DNA from: Planctomycetota bacterium
Lineage (GTDB): Bacteria; Planctomycetota; SZUA-567; H5-PLA8
Assembly (NCBI GenBank): GCA_045863855.1
Contig: BTVV01000102.1
Coordinates: 1 to 23,115 of the forward strand
Reading direction: 5' to 3'
Length of the DNA stretch: 23,115 nt
This document shows positions 1 through 8,668 of this stretch, one piece after another. The notes under the pieces were generated by a model. The model saw only the letters and a program-made list of their open reading frames with translations, made no database searches and was not told the DNA's origin. The translations under genes were made by a program, and so were the position numbers. Numbering within the stretch: position 1 is the stretch's first letter; each line of letters opens with the position of its first letter.

Positions 1-1
1 G

Positions 2-511
2 GGCTTCGCGCGCGCGTCCGGCATACCGTTCGATTTCGGCTTCATTCGCAGCCATTACGTGGGCCGCAGCTTCATCAAGCCCGACCAGCTCGAGCGCGAG
101 AAGGTCGTGGACATGAAGTTCAACGCGGTCCGCTCCGTGGTGGACGGCAAGCGCGTGGTGGTCGTCGACGATTCGCTGGTGCGCGGGACGACGTTCCGCC
201 GCCAAGCCAAGCTGCTGCGCCAGGCCGGAGCTACGGAGATCCACCTGCGCATCTCCTGCCCGCCGACCAAGCACGCCTGCTACTACGGGATCGACTTCCT
301 GAGCCGCGGCGAACTGATCGCCGGGAAGCTCAAGTCGGTCGAGGCCATCCGCGAGTACCTGAACATCGAATCGCTGGGCTACGTGAGCGAAGAGGGGCTG
401 CTCTCGGTCGTCTCGCGTCCGGGCACGCACTACTGCACGGCCTGCTGGAACGGGAAATATCCGGTTCACCCGGTGGACGTGATGGATAAACTGGGCATGG
501 AAAAGTGCTGA
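2..511 (+). CDS. purF: Amidophosphoribosyltransferase, C-terminal part (5'-truncated by the window)
   Basis: The frame is open from position 2 (GFARASGIPFDFGFIRSHYVGRSFIKP). It carries the PRPP-binding motif VVVVDDSLVRGTT, plus ACYYGID and YCTACW (Fe-S-cluster type), and lies directly upstream of purM. Confidence 0.96.
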   Translation, partial: GFARASGIPFDFGFIRSHYVGRSFIKPDQLEREKVVDMKFNAVRSVVDGKRVVVVDDSLVRGTTFRRQAKLLRQAGATEIHLRISCPPTKHACYYGIDFLSRGELIAGKLKSVEAIREYLNIESLGYVSEEGLLSVVSRPGTHYCTACWNGKYPVHPVDVMDKLGMEKC

Positions 512-536
512 GCGGCGCAAGATCAAAGGCCATCCC

Positions 537-1631
537 GTGACCAAGAAGCCCGAAAAAGGCCTCACCTATAAAGAAGCCGGCGTGGACATCCGCATGGGCG
601 ACCAGGTCGCCGGCGCGATCGGGAAGCTCGCCCAGAGCACCTACGGCCCCGAAGTGATCGGCGGGGTGGGGGGCTTCGCGGGACTTTTCGAACTCGGCGG
701 AGAGGTCAAACTTTTCCGCGGGCAGTACAAAGATCCGGTCCTCGTCGCCTGCACCGACGGCGTCGGCACGAAGCTCAAGCTCGCCTTCCTGATGAACAAG
801 CACGATACGGTGGGGATCGACCTCGTCGCGATGTCGGTCAACGACCTGATCGTCCAGGGCGCCGAGCCGCTCTTCTTCCTCGATTACATCGGCATGGGCA
901 AGAAAGATCCGGCCGTCTGCGAAGCGCTGGTGAAGGGCGTCGTCGAAGGCTGCCATCAGGCGCGCTGCGCGCTGCTGGGAGGCGAGACGGCGTCGCTGCC
1001 GGATATGTACGCGCCGGGCGAGTACGACCTCGCCGGGTTTTGCGTGGGCGTCGTCGAACGCAGCAAGCTCATCGAAGGCACGAAGGTCACGCCCGGCGAT
1101 GTGGTGATCGGCGTGCACAGCTCCGGCCTGCACAGCAACGGCTACAGCCTCGCGCGCAAGGCGCTCCTCGAACGCGCCGGCATGAAGCTGAGCGACACGC
1201 CCGCCGAACTGGGCGGCAAGACGCTCGGCGAGGTGCTCCTGACGCCCACGTTGATCTACGTCGATCCGGTCCGGCAGGTGCTCTCGCGCTACACGGTGAA
1301 AGAGATCGTGAAGGCGCTGGCAAACATCACCGGCTCGGGGCTGCCCGGCAACCTGCCGCGCACGCTTCCGGCGGGCGTGGTGGCGCGCGTCAAGAAAGGC
1401 TCCTGGCCCGTTCCGCCGATCTTCCGGTTGATCCAGCAGGCCGGCGACGTGGCCGAGAACGAGATGTTCGACACGTTCAACATGGGCGTGGGGTTGACGC
1501 TGGTCTGCCCCGAGTTCAACGCCAAGGCGATCGTGGGGACGCTGGAACAGAGCGGCTTCCCGGCCAGCTTGATCGGCACGATCGAAGCCGCGCGCGACCC
1601 GGGCGCGGAGGCGGAAGTGGTCTTGGATTGA
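537..1631 (+). CDS. purM: Phosphoribosylformylglycinamidine cyclo-ligase (AIR synthetase)
   Basis: Motifs TYKEAGVDI, TDGVGTKL, VNDL..QGAEPLFFLDY, GGETA, SSGLHSNGYS and FNMGVG. GTG start. Confidence 0.97.
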   Translation: MTKKPEKGLTYKEAGVDIRMGDQVAGAIGKLAQSTYGPEVIGGVGGFAGLFELGGEVKLFRGQYKDPVLVACTDGVGTKLKLAFLMNKHDTVGIDLVAMSVNDLIVQGAEPLFFLDYIGMGKKDPAVCEALVKGVVEGCHQARCALLGGETASLPDMYAPGEYDLAGFCVGVVERSKLIEGTKVTPGDVVIGVHSSGLHSNGYSLARKALLERAGMKLSDTPAELGGKTLGEVLLTPTLIYVDPVRQVLSRYTVKEIVKALANITGSGLPGNLPRTLPAGVVARVKKGSWPVPPIFRLIQQAGDVAENEMFDTFNMGVGLTLVCPEFNAKAIVGTLEQSGFPASLIGTIEAARDPGAEAEVVLD

Positions 1632-1651
1632 GTGCGCGCTAAAGCATGGAT

Positions 1652-1816
1652 ATGAAAATTCTTTATGACCGCGAAGTGGACGTCCTGCGTATCGTGCTGA
1701 ATCTACGACGCATACAAGAGAGCATAGAGCCGGATTCGGGTGTGATTTTGGACAATGATCGCAAGCGGCGCCTTGTGGCCTTTGAGATTCTTAACGCCTC
1801 TCATCGAGCGAAGTAA
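1652..1816 (+). CDS. Small DUF2283-like protein (54 aa), below the ORF-track cutoff
   Basis: Hand translation: MKILYDREVDVLRIVLNLRRIQESIEPDSGVILDNDRKRRLVAFEILNASHRAK*. This fits the DUF2283 pattern MKIxYDxExDxL...GVILD...LVxxEILxAS. An alternative in-frame ATG is at 1646. Confidence 0.8.
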   Translation: MKILYDREVDVLRIVLNLRRIQESIEPDSGVILDNDRKRRLVAFEILNASHRAK

Positions 1817-1833
1817 GATTCGAGGATTCCCCC

Positions 1834-3402
1834 ATGCCCAAAACCCGCCGCGCACTCATCAGCGTCTTCGACAAATCCGGCGTCGTCGCCTTTGCCGAAG
1901 GACTCGTCCAGCAGCACTTCGAACTTATCTCCACCGGCGGCACCGCCAAGGCGCTGCGCGACGCGGGGCTCAAAGTCCTCGACATCAGCGAAGTCACCGG
2001 TTTCCCCGAAATGCTCGACGGGCGCGTCAAGACCCTGCACCCCAACGTCCACGGCGGGCTGCTCTACCGCCGCGACCTCGACGCCCACCGCGCCCAGGCC
2101 GCGCAGCACGGCATCGTCGCCATCGATCTCGTCGCCGTGAACCTCTATCCGTTCGAAAAAACCGTGGCCGATCCGGACGTGAGCGTCGAGGACGCCATCG
2201 AGCAGATCGACATCGGCGGGCCTTCCATGCTCCGCAGCGCCGCGAAGAACTGGGAAGCGGTCACGGTGGTCTGCGAACCCGACGACTATCCGCGCGTTTT
2301 GAGCGAACTGCGCGACGGCGCCGGCGAGACCCGCCGCGAGACCCGCCGCGACCTGGCCGCCAAGGTCTTCGCCACCACCAGCCGCTACGACGCCGCGATC
2401 TGCGCGTACATGGAAGGCCTGGGCGAGAACGGCCCGCAGAAAACCTTTCATCTCCAGGGCGCGCTCTTTCAGGGGCTGCGCTACGGCGAGAACCCGCACC
2501 AGCAAGCCGCCTTCTACGCGATCCCCGGCTGCGGAGAACCCAACCTCGCCGACGCGCGGCAGCGTTCGGGCAAGGAACTCTCCTTCAACAACATCCTCGA
2601 CCTCTCGGCGGCGCTGGAGATCGTGAAGGACTTCGACGAGCCCGCCGCGGCCGTGATCAAGCACACCAATCCCTGCGGCGCGGCGACGGCCGGGGACGTG
2701 CTCGAGGCGTATCGCAAAGCGTACGAAGGCGATCCGCTCTCGGCCTTCGGTGGCATCGTGGGCCTCAACCGCAAGCTCGACGAGCGCGTGGCCGAAGAAA
2801 TCATGAGCCACCCCAAAGTCGACGCCATCGTCGCGCCGGTGATCACCGAAGCCGCGATCCAGATCTTGACGACGCGCAAGAAGTGGGGGCAGCAGGTGAT
2901 TCTGCTCGAGACCGGCCCGTTCGAAGACTTCCGCGGCGGCGGGCGGGCGCGCGACGTCCGTTGCATCCCCGGCGGGATGCTCGTGCAAGACCGCGACCGC
3001 ATCGCGGACGAATGGGCCAACCTGAAGATCGTCACCAAGCGCGCGCCGACGGACGCGGAAATGGCGGCGTTGAAGTTTGCCATGCGCGTATGCAAGCACG
3101 TGAAGTCGAACGCCATCGTCTTCGCGCAGGGCACGCAGATCGTAGGGGTGGGGGCGGGCCAGATGAGCCGCGTGGATTCCGTCGAGATCGCGGTCAAGAA
3201 AGCCGCCGCCCGCGCCACCGGCGCTGTCCTGGCCAGCGACGCTTTTTTCCCGTTCCCCGACGGCCTGGAAGCCGCCGCGAACGCCGGCGTGAAAGCCGCG
3301 ATCCAGCCCGGAGGGAGCGTCAAGGACGACGAGGTGATCGCCGCGGCCGACAAGCACGGTGTCGCGATGGTCTTCACCGGCTACCGGCACTTCAAGCATT
3401 GA
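1834..3402 (+). CDS. purH: Bifunctional AICAR transformylase / IMP cyclohydrolase
   Basis: Motifs GRVKTLHP, IDIGGPSMLRSAAKN, LRYGENPHQ, KHTNPCG, KHVKSNAI, GAGQMSRVDS, SDAFFPF, IQPGGS and C-terminal RHFKH. GAGGA RBS upstream. Confidence 0.98.
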   Translation: MPKTRRALISVFDKSGVVAFAEGLVQQHFELISTGGTAKALRDAGLKVLDISEVTGFPEMLDGRVKTLHPNVHGGLLYRRDLDAHRAQAAQHGIVAIDLVAVNLYPFEKTVADPDVSVEDAIEQIDIGGPSMLRSAAKNWEAVTVVCEPDDYPRVLSELRDGAGETRRETRRDLAAKVFATTSRYDAAICAYMEGLGENGPQKTFHLQGALFQGLRYGENPHQQAAFYAIPGCGEPNLADARQRSGKELSFNNILDLSAALEIVKDFDEPAAAVIKHTNPCGAATAGDVLEAYRKAYEGDPLSAFGGIVGLNRKLDERVAEEIMSHPKVDAIVAPVITEAAIQILTTRKKWGQQVILLETGPFEDFRGGGRARDVRCIPGGMLVQDRDRIADEWANLKIVTKRAPTDAEMAALKFAMRVCKHVKSNAIVFAQGTQIVGVGAGQMSRVDSVEIAVKKAAARATGAVLASDAFFPFPDGLEAAANAGVKAAIQPGGSVKDDEVIAAADKHGVAMVFTGYRHFKH

Positions 3403-3492
3403 GCGGCGGGGAATCGGCGAGCGGCGGTTGGGGCCGCGGCCACTTTAAGGTTGGCGATTCGATTTAGTGGATGTTGGACAAAGGCCCGGCAC

Positions 3493-4671
3493 TTACACCG
3501 CCGCCGCCGCGCCCGCGAAGCGCGCGGCCAGTTCGGCCACCGCACGTTCGATCCGCTCCCCGTCCAGCGCGTGAATCTCGAGCTTCCGGCCCAGCCCGTC
3601 GGGCAGCGTGAGCGTCAACCGGCCGCCGAGATGCTGGCGGAATTCCTCCAGCCCTTCGGCCACTTTCAGCTTCCCCGTCGCGCCGTTGCGCTTGGCGAGC
3701 ATCGGATGCCAGAGCGGTTGGCGGCAGGCTTGCATCGCCGCAAGCGCGCGCTCCCGTTCGGCCGGCGTGATGTGGCCCAAGTCGGCGGCAAGACACAGGT
3801 CCAGCGCGATCCCGATGGCGACGGCTTCGCCGTGGCGCAGTTCGTGGTGCGTCAGCGCCTCCAGCTTGTGCGCCGACCAGTGCCCGAAGTCGAGCGGACG
3901 GGCCGAGCCGCATTCGAACGGATCGCCGCCGTCGCGGATGTGCTGCAAGTGCAGGATCGCGCAGCGTTCGACCATCCGCGCCATCGCGTCCAGATCGCGC
4001 GCTGCCAGCCGCGGAGCCAGCGTTTCCAGTTCGTCCAGCAGCGCCGCGTCCTTGATCAGCGCCACCTTGAACGTCTCGGCCAGCCCGCCGAACCAATCGC
4101 GGTCGTCCAGCGTGGTGAGGAACTCGAGGTCGCTCAGCACCGCGTAGGGCGGGGCGAAGGTCCCGATCAGGTTCTTGACCCCGTCGAGGTTGATCCCGTT
4201 TTTGACGCCGACGCCGCTGTCGTTCTGGCTCAGCACGGTGGTGGGCACACGCACGAGCCGGATGCCGCGGTGGAAGACGCCCGCCGCGAGGCCCACGGCG
4301 TCGAGCACCGCGCCGCCGCCGACGGCGAAGACGTAGTTGTGGCGGTCCAGCTCCAGGCGCTGGAACTGATGCGTCATGCGCTGCACGAACGAGAGGTCAT
4401 TCTTCACTTGTTCGCCGCCGGGCACCGCCACGGGCGAACCGCGAAGCACGAGGACGTCCGGGTGCGCCGCGGCCCAGGCTTCGATCCGGTCCGGCAGGTC
4501 GGGCCAGCGGCTGAGCACACCCTGATCGATGAAGAACGCCGCGTGCGCGGGGCCGTCCGCGTGCGGCAGCGTCTCGGACAGCGCCGTGTTCTCCGGCGCG
4601 AAGAGGCCGCGCGTGAAAACCACGTCGTACGAAAACGGAACCTGAATCTCCTGCCGGTGGCGCATGTTCAT
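3493..4671 (-). CDS. 3-dehydroquinate synthase family sugar-phosphate cyclase, EboD-like subfamily
   Basis: Motifs GGGAVLD, RVPTTVLSQNDSGVGVKNG, KNLIGTFAPP, KVALIKD, GDPFECGSARPLDFGHWSAHKLE and HGEAVAIG. The GDPFExGSxRPLDFGHWSAHKLE block is what I recognise from EboD-type rather than canonical AroB proteins. The start could be 4665. Confidence 0.88.
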   Translation of the reverse strand: MNMRHRQEIQVPFSYDVVFTRGLFAPENTALSETLPHADGPAHAAFFIDQGVLSRWPDLPDRIEAWAAAHPDVLVLRGSPVAVPGGEQVKNDLSFVQRMTHQFQRLELDRHNYVFAVGGGAVLDAVGLAAGVFHRGIRLVRVPTTVLSQNDSGVGVKNGINLDGVKNLIGTFAPPYAVLSDLEFLTTLDDRDWFGGLAETFKVALIKDAALLDELETLAPRLAARDLDAMARMVERCAILHLQHIRDGGDPFECGSARPLDFGHWSAHKLEALTHHELRHGEAVAIGIALDLCLAADLGHITPAERERALAAMQACRQPLWHPMLAKRNGATGKLKVAEGLEEFRQHLGGRLTLTLPDGLGRKLEIHALDGERIERAVAELAARFAGAAAAV

Positions 4672-4675
4672 CTTC

Positions 4676-6238
4676 CTATTGCGGCTGTTCGGCCGTCTCG
4701 GCCGGCGCGGGTTCCGCGGCGCCGGTCTCGGCCGCTTCGGCGGTCTTCTGCGCGGGACGCTGTTCGGTAAAGCCCACTTCGGTCGTCACCTTCGCGTACT
4801 CTTTGGCGTTGGCCGCGCGGATCAGGAAGTTGCGGACCTCGCCCGGCGCGACGGTTTCCGCCAGCACTTTCTCGGCGCTCGTCAGCTCGCTCCCGTCGGC
4901 CTTCAGGAAGTGCGCCTTGATCTTGATGTCCTTCACGAAGTTCGGACGCCCGTTGCGCGCCGCGCAGACCACCAGCACCGTCCCGTCGTCCTGGGTCTTG
5001 AAATCCTTGAGCAGCACTTCGACGGTGGGTGTGTTCTGGAAGTCCAGCTTCGCCACCGGACCGGGCGTGGAAGGTTTGGCATCCCCGGTCTTGTAGTCCA
5101 GCGCCTGCTCGAACGAATCGAACTTCGGCATCGCCGGCACCGTGAACGCGATCTCCTTGACCTCGCCGGGCGCGATCGTTTCCTTGAGCGACTCGGCATG
5201 GCGCTTCACTTCCTTCTTCTCGCCCTTCTCGGCCAGGAAGAAGGCCAGATCGACCTTGATGTCCTTCGCCGTGTCCTTCAGCCCGTTGCGCAGCTTGCAG
5301 CGTACCTCCAGATCGGCGTTGTCCTTCCCGGCGCGCGCGAACGAGAAATGCGCCGCCTCCAGATCCTCGGCGTTGGCGAACTCGCCCCCCGACATGGCCT
5401 TCTCCGGCGCCGTCTCGTCGCAGGTGATGCGCACGCGGTGCCCCGAGTACCCCTTCGGCACGGCCTGCGGGACGATCAACTGAATCACGCGCTCTTCGCC
5501 CGCCTTCAGCGTGCCGCTATCGAGCTTCCCCGACCATTCTTTCAGCACCGGAGCGTTATCGTTGGTCGCGTGCTCGCCCAGCGGATCGGCGTTCGCTTGC
5601 GTCTTGGCGGCCTTGGGATCCTTCGGCGGCGGAGCCGGACGGCGCGGCTGTGCGGGCGGGTTGCCGTAGAAAGTAATGTGAATCTGGACGTTCTTCGCCT
5701 CCTGGTCGCCTTCGTTCTTGACGCGGACGTTGCCGGCCATGCGCCCGTAGCGGTCGGGGCTCAAGTCGCTCCCCAGCAGCCGAGCCGTACCGATGCCCTT
5801 CTGCAGATTTTCGACCTTCGGCTCCGGGTTCCCGATATCGCTGGGGCAATGCCAGAGTTCCTTCCCGTCGCGGTGCCGCAGATGGATCTGGTAGCTGTTG
5901 AAGATCGGGATGAACTCCCCGAACGCCTGGAACTGTTTGGTCTCCTTGGGCGGGATGCGCCCCAGTTCCTGCTGCACCGGTTGTCCGACCTGCTGGCCCA
6001 TCGAATCGTGAAAGGTGATCATCGCGTGCACGCCGTCCAGCGGCTTCTCGGAGATGTTCTTCACCGTGAAGCGGCAGGTGACGCGGTTGCTCCCGGTGAT
6101 CGTCTTGCGTTCGCGGCTGTAGCTCCACGCATCCAGGAACGTGCGCCGTTCGCTCTCTTCGCCCCGGGCCTGGTAGACCGGGACGAAGAGCAGCGCCAGA
6201 AGCCCCGCTCCCAGCAGTCCGCGCATGCGTGCGTTCAT
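4676..6238 (-). CDS. Secreted protein with about four FxLYD-like (Ig-like) repeats
   Basis: N-terminal signal peptide (MNARMRGLLGAGLLALLFVPVYQARG). Four segments share a VxN-x6/7-V/I-x4-F pattern: FTVKNISEKPLDGVHAMITFHD, VRVKNEGDQEAKNVQIHITFYG, CKLRNGLKDTAKDIKVDLAFF and CAARNGRPNFVKDIKIKAHFLK. They are followed by IPPKE, LKAGE, IAPGE and VAPGE motifs. Confidence 0.7.
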   Translation of the reverse strand: MNARMRGLLGAGLLALLFVPVYQARGEESERRTFLDAWSYSRERKTITGSNRVTCRFTVKNISEKPLDGVHAMITFHDSMGQQVGQPVQQELGRIPPKETKQFQAFGEFIPIFNSYQIHLRHRDGKELWHCPSDIGNPEPKVENLQKGIGTARLLGSDLSPDRYGRMAGNVRVKNEGDQEAKNVQIHITFYGNPPAQPRRPAPPPKDPKAAKTQANADPLGEHATNDNAPVLKEWSGKLDSGTLKAGEERVIQLIVPQAVPKGYSGHRVRITCDETAPEKAMSGGEFANAEDLEAAHFSFARAGKDNADLEVRCKLRNGLKDTAKDIKVDLAFFLAEKGEKKEVKRHAESLKETIAPGEVKEIAFTVPAMPKFDSFEQALDYKTGDAKPSTPGPVAKLDFQNTPTVEVLLKDFKTQDDGTVLVVCAARNGRPNFVKDIKIKAHFLKADGSELTSAEKVLAETVAPGEVRNFLIRAANAKEYAKVTTEVGFTEQRPAQKTAEAAETGAAEPAPAETAEQPQ

Positions 6239-6263
6239 GGTCGGTCGCCTTCCCGGTTGCCCG

Positions 6264-7436
6264 CTACTTCCCGCTTGCCAGATTCGCCGCGGCGTAGTCC
6301 AGCGCGATCAGCGCGTACGCCGTCGCCAGCGTCGGATCGCTTTCCCACCAGCGTTCGGCCTCGTTCGCCCACGAACCGTCAGGCTTCTGGAGTTTCGAGA
6401 CATGCAGCGCGAGGTCTTTCGCCCAAGCGGCTTTCTTCCCGTCGCCCAGGTCGATCTCGTTCACCTTCGCGGCCGTGAATGCTTTGGCGAACGCGACGAG
6501 GTAGTAGTAGTAGCCTTCGCTGCCCTTGCCGCCGGGGTTCTGCGTCACGTCGTAGTGTTCTTTGATCCAGCGCCACGCGGCCTGCAGTTCCGGGCTGTCG
6601 GGCTTCGCGCCGCAGTAGATCAGGCACTTGATCCCCGCGTAGGTCATGTTCCCGTAAGGCTTCGGAACGTCCTTGCCCGCGCGGTTCTTCTCGGTCCCGA
6701 ATTCGCCCGTGCCGGGGAGGTACAGGAAGCCGCCCGAGTTGTTGCCTTCCTTCATCGCCGGAACGTCGTTCGTCTCGGTGTTGTCCTGCGTCCGGCGCAC
6801 GAAGACGAGCGCGTTTTTGAACTCCTCCGAGTTCTCGTCCATCCCCAGCGCTTTCAGGGCGTCGAGCGAGAACGTGGTGTTGGACAAGTCCGCGCGCTTT
6901 CCGCCGCCGTACCCGAACCCGCCGTAAGCCATGTAATGTTCGTCTTTGTTGTAGCCCTGCGCCGCCGTGAGCTGGCTGCTCAGGATGTACGGCTTGGCCT
7001 TGGCCAGCACCGCGTCGTACTTCGGATCGTTCAACGCCTTCAGCGCCATCACCGACACGCTGGTCATGTAGTTCTCGAGCCCATGGCCGGGCACCGCGAT
7101 CGCGCCGTTCTCCTGCTGCAGCGCCACCAGGTAACCGGCGGCCTTATCCAGCGCCGCTTGCAACTCGGGACTGCGCTTCCCCGGAGACTTGGCCAGCCCG
7201 TAGACCACCAGCCCCACCACGCCCGGCGACTTCGCCGCCATGCTTTTCCCGAACGTGCCGTCCGCGTTCGCCTGCGCGAGGAAGTACTTCACCGCCTTCT
7301 CGGCCGCCGCGTTCGCCACGGCCGCCGCGTCGGGTTGCGCCGGCGGCGCGGCCGGAGCTTCTTCGCCCGCCGTAAGGGAACCGACCGCCAAGGCCAGCGC
7401 CAAGCTCCAGCCCCATGCCTGTTGACCCATCCGCAT
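6264..7436 (-). CDS. Secreted prenyltransferase/squalene-oxidase-repeat (alpha/alpha barrel) protein, paralog B
   Basis: Start placed at ATG 7436 behind an AAGGAG RBS (7446-7451); signal peptide MRMGQQAWGWSLALALAVGSLTAG. QW-like repeats AQANADGTF, LQQENGAI and LQKPDGSW. Motifs GGFGYGGGKRADLSNT, YGNMTYAG, NPG..YYYY and WWESDPTLATAYAL. Confidence 0.85.
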   Translation of the reverse strand: MRMGQQAWGWSLALALAVGSLTAGEEAPAAPPAQPDAAAVANAAAEKAVKYFLAQANADGTFGKSMAAKSPGVVGLVVYGLAKSPGKRSPELQAALDKAAGYLVALQQENGAIAVPGHGLENYMTSVSVMALKALNDPKYDAVLAKAKPYILSSQLTAAQGYNKDEHYMAYGGFGYGGGKRADLSNTTFSLDALKALGMDENSEEFKNALVFVRRTQDNTETNDVPAMKEGNNSGGFLYLPGTGEFGTEKNRAGKDVPKPYGNMTYAGIKCLIYCGAKPDSPELQAAWRWIKEHYDVTQNPGGKGSEGYYYYLVAFAKAFTAAKVNEIDLGDGKKAAWAKDLALHVSKLQKPDGSWANEAERWWESDPTLATAYALIALDYAAANLASGK

Positions 7437-7489
7437 CGCGTGCATCTCCTTGTTGCGTAGTTGGTAACGCTGTGTAGTCCGGAAAAGGT

Positions 7490-8587
7490 TCACTTCTTCG
7501 CCGCCTTGAGCTGCTTGTAGCAGATATTCAATGCACCCAGTGCGTAAGCCGTACACAAGACCTGATCGCTCTCCATCCACTTCGTCGTATCGTTGACCCA
7601 AAAGCCCTCGCGCTTCTGCCGCGCCAAGAGCTGCGTGGCCAGCGCGTCGGCCCAATGCACCTTGCCGCCTTCGCCCAGCGAGACTTCCGCCACCTGCGCC
7701 GCTTCGAAGGCCCGGGCCAGCGCATGGACGTAGTAGTAATAGCCGTTCAGCCCGGCTCCCGGGTTCTCGGTGGCTGAAAAATTCGCCGTGAGCCAGCGCA
7801 GCGCCGCCTGCACTTCCGGCGCGTCGGCCTTGAGCCCCGCCTGGAGGTAGCCGTCCAGCGCCGCGGCCGTCATGCTCCCGTAGGGCTTGGGAAACTCCAC
7901 GCCGTCGCGGTTCTTCACCGCCCCGGCTTCGCTCTGGCCGGGCTTGTAGTACGCGCCGCCCGAATTCGGCCCCGCCTTGGCTTCCGCATCCGGATTGGTC
8001 TCGACGTTGTCCTGCACGCGCCGGATGAAGTTCAGCGCCGCTTCGAAGACCTTGGCGTCCTTCAAGCCCGCCGCCTTGAGGCTGGAAAGCGCGCACCACG
8101 TGTTGCTCAGGTCGCCGCCCTGCCGGAAGCCGTAGCCGTACGTGAAGCCGCCGTCCTTCGACTGCGCCGTCAGCAGGTACGCGCGGGCCTTGGCGATCGC
8201 GTCCGTGTATTTCGGATTCTTCAGCGCCGCCAGCCCGTGCAGCGCCAGCGCCGTGTTGTACGTATCGAAGCCTTGGCCTTCGATCCGGATCGAGCCGTCT
8301 TCCTGCTGCTGCTTCAGGATGTACTTCACCGGCTCGGTCATGAACGGCCCCAGCGGCTCGCTGTATTTGCGGTGATGCTCCGAAAGCACACGGATCGCAA
8401 GCCCCTGGATGCCCGGCAGCTTGGCCACCTCGCTGGAGCCGATGATTCCGGTCTTGAGGTCGAACTGCTCGATCAGCCAGTTCGCGCCCCCGTCGGCCGC
8501 GCTCTTGACGCGGTCCAGTTCGATTCCATGTGCCGCGGCGGCCCCAGACAAGACCAGCGCGCAGATCCATGTACGATTCCAACGCAT
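7490..8587 (-). CDS. Secreted prenyltransferase/squalene-oxidase-repeat protein, paralog A
   Basis: Start placed at ATG 8587 behind AGGAG; signal peptide MRWNRTWICALVLSGAAAAHG. Repeats QQQEDGSI, AQSKDGGF and RQKREGFW. Motifs GDLSNT, QDNVETN, PKPYGSMT, NPG..GYYYY and WMESDQVLCTAYAL, all collinear with paralog B. Confidence 0.85.
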   Translation of the reverse strand: MRWNRTWICALVLSGAAAAHGIELDRVKSAADGGANWLIEQFDLKTGIIGSSEVAKLPGIQGLAIRVLSEHHRKYSEPLGPFMTEPVKYILKQQQEDGSIRIEGQGFDTYNTALALHGLAALKNPKYTDAIAKARAYLLTAQSKDGGFTYGYGFRQGGDLSNTWCALSSLKAAGLKDAKVFEAALNFIRRVQDNVETNPDAEAKAGPNSGGAYYKPGQSEAGAVKNRDGVEFPKPYGSMTAAALDGYLQAGLKADAPEVQAALRWLTANFSATENPGAGLNGYYYYVHALARAFEAAQVAEVSLGEGGKVHWADALATQLLARQKREGFWVNDTTKWMESDQVLCTAYALGALNICYKQLKAAKK

Positions 8588-8668
8588 CGATTTCGTGCTC
8601 CTATGGGCCTGGAAACGAGGTTCGGAAAACTCCAGCTTGCCCCGCTTCCGCGCGGCATGCAAGACCGC

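Noticed and set aside
1755..3467. Long alternative-frame and antisense ORFs over purH (570 aa, 532 aa), and similar ones over other genes (3451-4770, 4664-6478, 6225-7460, 12286-13674, 15894-17270)
   Set aside because: These are shadow ORFs expected from high GC and biased codon usage. They are Arg/Pro-rich or exact antisense mirrors with no recognisable motifs.
3403..3492. Intrinsic terminator between convergent purH and the cyclase gene
   Set aside because: Only weak or short inverted repeats (ggccgcggcc, gaatcg/cgattc) with no convincing stem plus U-tract.
7437..8582. 772-aa ORF 6264..8582 suggesting one long fused protein
   Set aside because: The N-terminal 382 codons are an off-frame overlap of the real 7490-8587 gene. 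A strong RBS and signal peptide mark the true start at 7436.
6264..8587. Annotation as squalene-hopene cyclase (shc) / hopanoid cluster
   Set aside because: Each protein is only about 365-390 aa, has a signal peptide and lacks DXDD. No hpn genes are nearby.
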